A DNA stretch of 64,000 bases from a virus. The stretch is from IMG/VR virus record IMGVR_UViG_3300020421_000007, positions 19,090-83,089 of that record; one strand, written 5' to 3'. The position numbers were made by a program, and so were the translations under genes. The notes beneath the pieces were generated by a model. It searched no databases. It was not told where the DNA came from and was given only the letters and a program-made list of their open reading frames with translations. Of the stretch, positions 11,601 through 19,900 are shown in pieces. Every line of letters starts with the position of its first letter. Within the stretch, counting starts at the first letter, position 1.

Positions 11601-13353
11601 ATATGCTATTAATGATGTTATCACTGTTTCTGGTACAGTATTTGGTGATGGAACAACTACTCCAGCAGATGTTACTTTCCAAGTATCAAATTTAGTTGGA
11701 ATTTTAGGTGCTGGTTATACAGATAATGAATATGTAAATGTTCCACTATCCACAGATGGTAGTGGTGTTGGTGCTACAGCTAATATTACAATTACTGGAG
11801 GTGCAGTTTCTGCTATTGCTATATCATCAGAAGGATCTGGTGGATATGTTCCAGGTGATGAAATTACGTTTGATCATAATAATTTAATCGATCCAACTAC
11901 AGGCACTGTAAGTTCAGCACCATCTCTAGCGGCACAATTTTTTGTTGGGTCATTGGGAACAATTCAAGTTGTAGATATTGTTGATAATGGATTTGGTTAT
12001 GTTAATGGTGATGTATTAACATTCCCACTGTTACCAGGAACTCCCACAAGTACGTTTGAACTTACTATTGGAACAGTAACAGAAACTGAGGTAATTAAAT
12101 TAGAAACTAACACTGGTTTAATTACTTCAGAGTCATTAAAAACTAAGTCTATTAATATAAACGATAAAATTTCTATCGTTGATTCTACCATTTCAAATCA
12201 AGCATCAGAAGATGTTACTATTTCTCCTGGTGGTCCTACAAAACTCTTAAGAGTAACTGGAACTGGTGGTGTTAAAGTTCCCGTTGGAACATCTACCAAT
12301 AGACCTTCTGCTTCTACTTTAGGTATTATCAGATACAATAGTTCCACTCAACAATATGAGGGATCTAACGGAAGTGATTTTATTTCGCTTGGTGGTGTAA
12401 GAGATGTTGATGGCAATACTTATATTCTAGCAGAAAAAACTGTAGGTGCTAATGATAATATTTTATATTTCTATAATGATGCGGTAAACACTAGTAGATT
12501 TAACAAAACTGATATTGAATTAGTTACCAACAACACTATTAAATCTGTTGCTACAGATGGTAAAACATTATGGAAAGATGGTATCTCTGTTGTTCTTAAT
12601 GAGCAAGTATATGCTGGTGAATACATTTATGAAGTAACTGTTGCTGGAACTACTGGAAGTAATCCTCCTACTCACACAACTGGTGCTCTAGATGATGGCA
12701 ATGGAGTAGAATTTACTTTTGTTGGTTCTGTTTATCAACCATTAACATTCAAAGCATCAAATATTACATTTGACGCTACACTAACTCTAGGAGCATTAGA
12801 ATCATATTCTTATAATAGTGTATCTTCGGTATTAGAAACAGGTCTTAACAACATAGAATTTGCTTTTGGTAAAGTTGGTGGTGCTCCAAATACATCATTT
12901 ACGTTATCTGATGACGGTTCATTAAAAGCAAATAGATCTTTTGATACATCAAATGCTGTATCTAATTTAAAAATTTTAGATTATACAGCAAAATTCTTGG
13001 AGTTGGACGATGTTGTTATTTCTACAAGTGATCTTACTCTAACAAGAGGAGCAACAGAATCTGCTAATTTTGTTGTTTACGACCCAACAGTTTCAAAATC
13101 TGCAAAAGTAACTGTAACTGCTGAGAACACAACAACTAATGATATTCATACCACAGAAATTCAACTGTTAGCAAAAGGATCTGATATCTTTATTTCTGAG
13201 TATGCTTCTCTAAATACTGGTCAAGAACAGTTTACTTATACTGTTTCGTTTGATCCTTCTGGAGAAGTACAAATTTCATACACCATGGATCAAACTTTAA
13301 CAGTAGGTGATGTAGTTGTTATCACATCAAGTTCCACATCTATTAAGAAATAA
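8686..13353 (+). CDS. Large tail/baseplate-associated structural protein
   Basis: 1555 aa, Gly/Thr/Ser-rich, many 'VTSVxITxGGxGY' repeats, N-terminal DTFERQRQVIN, and RPS...GIIRYNS...YEG fibre motif. Confidence 0.7.
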   Translation: MAVLRFVAKTDTFERQRQVINTIGQDIFDLSVATGEGAFSLSDGTVDQPSLFFTNAADVGIYRTGVGKQLFIGAEGNSIASFEKDSLTLLQKIQNLSTPINTVTIGSGGSGYNVGAYPKARITGGNGAGAQASVIVSMEGTFQSGGGYEGGTYTQVPLQGGNGSGAEATLEIATMGGNITAAGSNGTANTYNNVSLTNVSSSGSGAVAAEITVAQIGPDVGVIGVFFEQGFNTGAFGNGYKTGDVLSVNPADIGGVTGFEFTLTGGGEVTSVEITDGGDGNYQAGDTLFILPSDVQSNGGPPVNSPSGFSFNVTGVGIITDVTITDGGDNYKVGDSIDVPSSELVNTVTYLVKILDSQLVEFTGTLPSTGFNVGDTLTYNGVSKEIVKRFLNGSNQVEAVTVKDINLNFSAGLQADDGNGNQAEVSELTAALNYYFSFDGGTTYTNIPDFTFQKNVRYNFDQTDASNIGHPLRFSENRDGFHGKVQLNPTIYGETYNGIEVDYSYLTNVVSIVPKSTTPTTLYYFCGEGTSEGAAHKDEGGFDNREGTITVSGEAALVGSGLSITVSDVTQTSTFSVLKDGTTTLGNTTATRFVNTGTTDLQGNITAGGTFNLGPDLFTIAANGDTVIEGTLTANSDLFFTSDATFGGVLYVDATNNKISINRDPSVTPLVEDFEVDGSVSIDGNVKLASDSGAYVSIGGAIGTQALDVSGSAIVSGKYIAPTTGVVSSPVYTFEGYERIGLSANSTNKSISVTGQSGELVRFEPIQSSSFRDFVTYKREITATTISSPGAEYTPGSYSGVASSGGTGDGLDADITIAFSVPIGKIATLGTITTSVDPLRLVGTYNKVTYTTNGSGIDAKFNVVIDGTGAVSSVSVVTGELTNFTSSVNTIAADSLTSYSGVSGTSSGSGSGATFNVSRNISGAATVTLVNSGQNYVVNETITILGSSIGGIDVTNDLTITITAVSSGGGLGYAINDVITVSGTVFGDGTTTPADVTFQVSNLVGILGAGYTDNEYVNVPLSTDGSGVGATANITITGGAVSAIAISSEGSGGYVPGDEITFDHNNLIDPTTGTVSSAPSLAAQFFVGSLGTIQVVDIVDNGFGYVNGDVLTFPLLPGTPTSTFELTIGTVTETEVIKLETNTGLITSESLKTKSININDKISIVDSTISNQASEDVTISPGGPTKLLRVTGTGGVKVPVGTSTNRPSASTLGIIRYNSSTQQYEGSNGSDFISLGGVRDVDGNTYILAEKTVGANDNILYFYNDAVNTSRFNKTDIELVTNNTIKSVATDGKTLWKDGISVVLNEQVYAGEYIYEVTVAGTTGSNPPTHTTGALDDGNGVEFTFVGSVYQPLTFKASNITFDATLTLGALESYSYNSVSSVLETGLNNIEFAFGKVGGAPNTSFTLSDDGSLKANRSFDTSNAVSNLKILDYTAKFLELDDVVISTSDLTLTRGATESANFVVYDPTVSKSAKVTVTAENTTTNDIHTTEIQLLAKGSDIFISEYASLNTGQEQFTYTVSFDPSGEVQISYTMDQTLTVGDVVVITSSSTSIKK

Positions 13354-13355
13354 CA

Positions 13356-13865
13356 ATGGCAATAGAAAATAAAACCTTTAATTCTGAGTATGGATTTGGA
13401 ATTAACGAAACAACTGTTCTAGACGATAGTAGAAATATTCTGAACATCAATACGATGACTATTCAGAATGAACATTTTACTAACGCAACTAAACATTCTT
13501 TTATTACTAGTGGTCTTAATAATACAATTTTAACAACTGACGGAGTTTCTGTATCAACTTTATATGATAACACAATTAATTTTATCACAACAAAAGTTAT
13601 TGGTGTAAATGCTCTTGGTACAGGTCACTACGCGGTAAAATTTGAAACAAATGCAACTGTGGATGGTAATGGTAATGTTTTAATTTTAGGAGAATTAAAA
13701 ACTACTATAAAAGATGCTATTCCAGCTGGGCAAAATTGGTCTGTATCTTCATATGGTTCTGGTGGTCCCAGAGAGTATAGTTATTCCACAAATAGAGGCG
13801 GTACAACAGATACTATTAAGTGGGTAGCATATACAGAGGTTGTTAGTATTGATTGGTCTGCTTGA
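13356..13865 (+). CDS. Virion structural protein (unknown function)
   Basis: 169 aa, beta-rich, tightly packed in the tail cluster. Confidence 0.6.
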   Translation: MAIENKTFNSEYGFGINETTVLDDSRNILNINTMTIQNEHFTNATKHSFITSGLNNTILTTDGVSVSTLYDNTINFITTKVIGVNALGTGHYAVKFETNATVDGNGNVLILGELKTTIKDAIPAGQNWSVSSYGSGGPREYSYSTNRGGTTDTIKWVAYTEVVSIDWSA

Positions 13866-13871
13866 TAAATA
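13864..13871 (+). promoter_or_regulatory. Late promoter variant
   Basis: GATAAATA upstream of the ATG at 13905. Confidence 0.65.
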
Positions 13872-13904
13872 AAGGAGTAAGAAGCATCTGCCAGATAGAG
13901 CAAA

Positions 13905-16900
13905 ATGAGCTTAGATTTTAATGTAGATAAACAGATTTTATCTGGAACCGAACCTAAGATCTTAGGTTCCGAGAACTTTATTGTTAGATCTGGAAGTGGA
14001 TCTGATGAGAAAGAAGTTTTCCGAACGCTTTTAGATCCATCAACTAAATTACCTAGACTTGGTATTAACAGGACTGGTAACAAAGTTGAGTCTATCACAG
14101 TAAATGAGAACCAAGGTGGTACTGGATATACTGTCGTTCCCAACGTTGAGTTATCATATCCAGATCCGAATAATCTTGCTTTTGGTACTAGAGCTCTTGC
14201 TTCTGCATTAATTAACAACGGTCAGGTTGTTGCTATTGTTGTTGATAATCAAGGAGCAGGATATACATCAGCACCAACCGTAACTATCACAGGTGGTGGT
14301 GGATCGGGTGCTGCTGCTACTGCTGTTCTAGACACTGTTGATTTTGAACTTGACATCAATGGTGCTATCAGAACATCTACTTCTATCATTTCTGATACGG
14401 CAAAAATTCTAAACCTGGATATTGATAATTTCATTACTCCAGATGCAAACTTTAGAGCACCAAATTTAAAAACTTGGGCAAATAATAGTGGTACTCCTTG
14501 GGCAGCAAATATTGTTTTACAAAAAGGAGATTATTATTATAACGGAGGAAATATCTATGAAGTATTAGAAACAGGTCTTTCTGGTACTGTAGGTCCAGTT
14601 CACATAGACGGAATCGAACCCAATGGAGATGCTTCATTAAAGCATATTGGTTTTAGAGTCATTAATCCAGATCTTCCTTTATATAATGATACTGGAGATT
14701 CTGGAATTTTCCCTAGATCTATTACTCCAAAGTTAGGAGACAAATCAGATAAAATTGCTACTACAGAATACGTCCTCAACCTAGCAACGAATGACGTTGG
14801 TGGTCGTGTCTATGTTTCACAATCTATTGGTAGTGATAACAATGATGGTAGATCTGCTGCTGCTCCTGTAAGAACAATTAAGAGAGCATGTCAGGTTGCT
14901 TCTGAAAGTGTTGGAGTTAAAGAAACAGTTATTATTGCTGGTGGTGATTATGTAGAAGATAATCCAATTTCTATTCCACCAGATTGTTCGATTGTTGGTG
15001 ATAACCTTCGCTTGGTTATTGTTCGTCCTGCTAATCCTGGCAAACACATCTTTAAATTTGGCGATAAAAACTACGTTATTGGTGTAACATTCAGGGATCA
15101 AATTAACTCTGCTGGTGATGCTGTAGCAACTTGGGACTTTGCTATGGTCTTCGACGACAAGCAAAGAGTTTATTTTGATAGAAATGCTGGTGGTGATTTT
15201 GGAAGAAGTTTTCCTATTGGTCACCAGATATTTGGTCCAGAAAAAATTAGAGTTACTTTCCAAACTAACACAGGAACAAATCAATTATTAGTTGGAGAAA
15301 CTGTACGAGGTGTTAACACTGGTGCTGTTGGTACAGTAACATCAGTAACTTTTGATGAGACAGACGCCAATGAACCAGATGCTTTTGTAAATGGTTCTAT
15401 AGAAATTGATATTGTCAGTGGTTCGTTTAACCTTGGAGAAACTTTTGAATATGAAATTGGTGCTGCTCCAAACATAACCACATTTGAATTTGTTGCTGTA
15501 GGACTTAAATCTATTCGAGCAGAGGGTGAAGTTGTATCCACTGGAATGGATCTAACAAATACCTTATCAATTGCTAGAATTGATACTACACTACAAGGTA
15601 CAGCAGAAGTTTCTCAAAATGGTTTTGGATCTGAAACAGAAGGAAATGCCGAAGATCTTGGTGGTATTGTTATCTACACAAATGAATTACTTGGAAGAGA
15701 TAATATACACGATTTCCAAAACGGTGATGAGGTTATCATTAGTGGTCTTCCATCTTCAAACCCAGATCTTTCTTTCTTAAATGGAAAACAAAGAATTTAT
15801 AAGGTCTTAGAAGATGCTGATGGTCGTTCTAGAAGATTTGTAATTCCAAAGAAAACTACATATTCAAATGCTAATTACGTACCAGTATCAGCATCTGTCT
15901 CCCACTATGCCGATTACGTTACCCTTACACTTCTAAACTCCCCAAATAAATTTGAGAGAGCAAACTATGTTGCGAGAAGATATCAAGATGCTTGTAACTT
16001 AATTAGAAATAACGCAGATTTTATTGCGGCAGAAGTAGTAGGTCAAGTCAATAAAGAATTTGCAAAAGAGTATTTTGAAGTATCTGCTGTAAATACTAAT
16101 GCTAATACTTTCCAAGTATATACAACTCCAAACAATTTTGTACATACTTACGTAAGTGGAGGAACTGTTTCTTATGGAGGTCAAACTTTTACGGTAACAG
16201 ATCTAGATTACAGTAATATTAGTGGCATCGGTACTATTACATTAAATAGTTCTCCAAACTTTACAGATGGTCAAACTGTAAAAATTGAAGGAATTATAGT
16301 TTCTTGTACAGTTAATGGAGTAACATCACAGAAAGAATATCCAAGTTTTAATATTCCAATTGGTGATTATAAGTGTACTAGAGACCTTAAGATTATTATC
16401 CATTCCCTGTTAATGGATTTGGAATACGGAAGTAATGATAATGTTATTGAAGCAGCAAAGAGATATATTGTTGGAAATCAAATTGACTTTGTTGATAAAG
16501 AAATTATTCAAACAGTAAGAGCAATTGAATACACAAGACAATTGTGTATCCTTGCCATGAGAAATTGGAGAGTAGGAACAGGACTTGTAACAGAACCCAT
16601 TTATGTTCCTAAGTATGCAACAGGTGTAGCAAGATATTTTGATGATACTGTAATTACAACTACTGCTGGTGTAAATGCGGATGGATCAGCATCTGATGGA
16701 ACAGCATGTGCTGATGTTAAATCAGCAATTGATACATTAGCATACTTATTTGTTGATGTTCTTGCTAACAATGCTTCGGGAACATTATTAGATGCTGCAT
16801 ATTTGATCGCAAGAAACAGAGATCTTATTGTTGATCAAGCGTTAATAGATGCTCAAATTACATATCCTTCATTATCTTTAGGAGTTCTAGGAGAATATAA

Positions 16901-19900
16901 GTGTAGAAGAGATAGTAACATAATTTTAACCAATGTAATTCGAGATTTAGTTCTAGGTGGTAATGCTGGAATTGTTACTGCCGCTGAATCTTATTATACT
17001 GGTACAGAACTTACAGGTCTTCCAGCAAATGAAGTTGCTGCTACAATCTATGCCTTTGGTAAAGTTAAAGATTACGCTATTGACGCAATGCGTAATTGGA
17101 CTGATGGAACAGCTGCTTCAGCTCCTGTGCTTGCCACAGCAACTAATGCTACTTACAACTCAAATACAGGAGATGTAACTGTTACCATTGCTGATCCAGC
17201 AACAGCATTGACTACCAGTGACAGAGTTGCCTTTAAAGAAGGTGCTATGACTTGGACATGTTCATCGAATGGTGGTGGAGATCTGGCAAGTCCTACATTC
17301 CAAGATAGAAATAACGGAAGAAGTCTTGAAATTATTTCTGTAAGTTCTTCCAGTGGATCTACAACATTTACTTTTAACGTTGGTGATGCTGGTTCTGTAC
17401 AGGGTGTTGCTCACACATTTGTTAGTGGATTGGCAAATGGTGTTGTTCTTATCTATGAACCACTTGCTGCTAATTCATCTTCTATTCCAAGATATGATGA
17501 TTGGAATATTCTTCCAGATCCAAGTGATCCTAATTGTGCTACTGTTGCTTCTGCTATCACAACATCTTTTGAACTGTTGGAAGATATTTTAGATGGAACT
17601 ACTGCTCCTGGAGGAACAGTAAAAACATTTGGAACTCTATATGATACCACAAATATTATTAATTACGCATCAACAACGTTATATGATGCGAACAATGATA
17701 GAATTACTCCAACTGCTGTATATGATGATCTCCCAATTATTGAGGCATCTCCATACACTCAAAACTCCTCAATCATTTCTTTCTTAGGTGGTGGCGGATC
17801 TCTAGTTGATGGTTCTAAAGTTAAGAGTCCAAACTGTCCTTTCCCTGGTTTGGAACCAGATGGAAGCGCATCGTTCCCCAATCAAGGTAAGTCGATGGTT
17901 GCTTCGGCATTCACGATTGTTTCATTTGGTGGCACTGGATACAAAGTTGTAGAAGATGGATATACACAACTTGTATCTGTTTTTGTTATTTTCTGTGAAG
18001 ATGGTATTCTTTGTGAAACTGGTGGTTATGCGTCAGTTACTAACTCAGCAACTAACTTTGGTACATTTGCTTTAAGAGCAACTGGATTTAGAAAAGATCC
18101 ATACACCTTTGACGTTGGTCAAATTGTTGGTGTAAGTTCTTCTACTGGAACAAATAGAACTCAATTTAGAGTAAGTGGTCTTGGCAGAGAACCATTAGAG
18201 CATTACATTGTCAAAATTGACGGATATAAAAATCACAATCCAGATATTGAATTTTTCGTTGAAACTGTAGAACAAGTAACAGTTGGTCCTCCTTTTGAAG
18301 CATTACTAACATTAGAAAGTGGTTCTGGTGGAGCAGCTGAATTTGAAGATGTAAATAACCCTGGAGTAATTGTAAGTAATTCTTTAGCAGAATTTAGTGG
18401 AGTTACTCTAAGATTACATAGACCATCTATTGTTAACTCTTCTTCCCACACCTGGGAATTTGCTGGTTCTGGTACTAACTACAATGCTCTACCTGAGAAC
18501 GGTGGTACTAAGATTGAAGCAAACGAGCAAGTACCACAGAACTATGGTCGTGTTTACTGTTCTGGTACTGACGAACTTGGTGACTTCAAGGTTGGTACGT
18601 TCGCTAAGATTGAGAACAGAACTGGTGCTATTACCTTCACAGGTACTGTTACGATCTCGGAAGTTGAATTCTTGAAACTGAAAGGTGGCGACGTTGTTGT
18701 TACTGGTTTCGATGCATCCAACACACTTGGTGGCGCTAACTCTACCGACTCTAAACTACCTACACAGAAGGCAGTTAAGGATTACATTACTAACAACCTT
18801 GGTCCTTATCTCAACAAACCATATTCCACAAACGCTGTTCCTAGAGCACTAGTCGAACTTACAGATTCTGGTAAAATTTCTATTGACCAGATTCCAGCAC
18901 TCAGACCTTTTAGTGTCTTCACTGTTGCCGATCAAGCAGAAAGATTAGCACTAGAAGGAGCACTTGCTGGTGACATTGCTATTCAGCAAGACAACAATGT
19001 CTCGTTCATTCTAAACAATGACCTGAGTAGTTTGTTTGTTGGTTTCCCAATCGACTCCAATTTAGTATTCAACACAGGAGATATCTACACTGGTTCTAAT
19101 ACGGGTGGTAGAATCCAAGCAACTGAATATAGACAGGGTGTTGTATATCAATTAAATATTACTGATGCTGGTTCTGGATACACATCAGCACCAACCGTTA
19201 CAATTAACCATGCTGGCAATGCTCCATCCGTGGAAGCAAAAGCAGTAGCAACCATCGCAAATGGTCAAGTTGTTACACTAACTTTAATTACGTTTAACAG
19301 TTACATTGGTGGTCTTGGTTATGACGCTCAACCAACAGTAAATATCGCTGCTCCTGGTGGTGGTGGAACAACTGCGGTTGCCAGTGCTCTAATTGAAAGT
19401 AGAGTATACGGTGATATTGTTAACAACATTAAGATTGACGATACTGATAGTATTGATGATAGCGATTCTCCCGCAAATACTGTTTCTATTAATAGAGTAG
19501 TTAACACATCATCGAACATTGCTAGCAACTGGGTATCTCTATCTGCCACTCAAATTTCTGCTACAGATATTACATCTGGTATTATTTCTACTTCCAGACT
19601 AGCATTAAATTCATCTGCAGCAAACTCTTTCACCTTCTTAAGAGGAGATCAAGCATATGCTCCTGCTGTTCAGTCATTTAAAGCAGCAGAAACAAGATAC
19701 TTTGCTATCTTGTCTAGTCAAGCAAACAATGGTTCATCACAATTAGTCTTCCCGACTAATGCTGATGTACTAAAAGGACATGAAGTAAAAGCAACTGTAA
19801 ATGGTATTCAAGTAAATACTACAATTTCTGTAGTTGTAACTGCTGCTGGATTTACTACTATCACACTGAATAATCCAGTCAATCAAAACATTCCTGCAGG

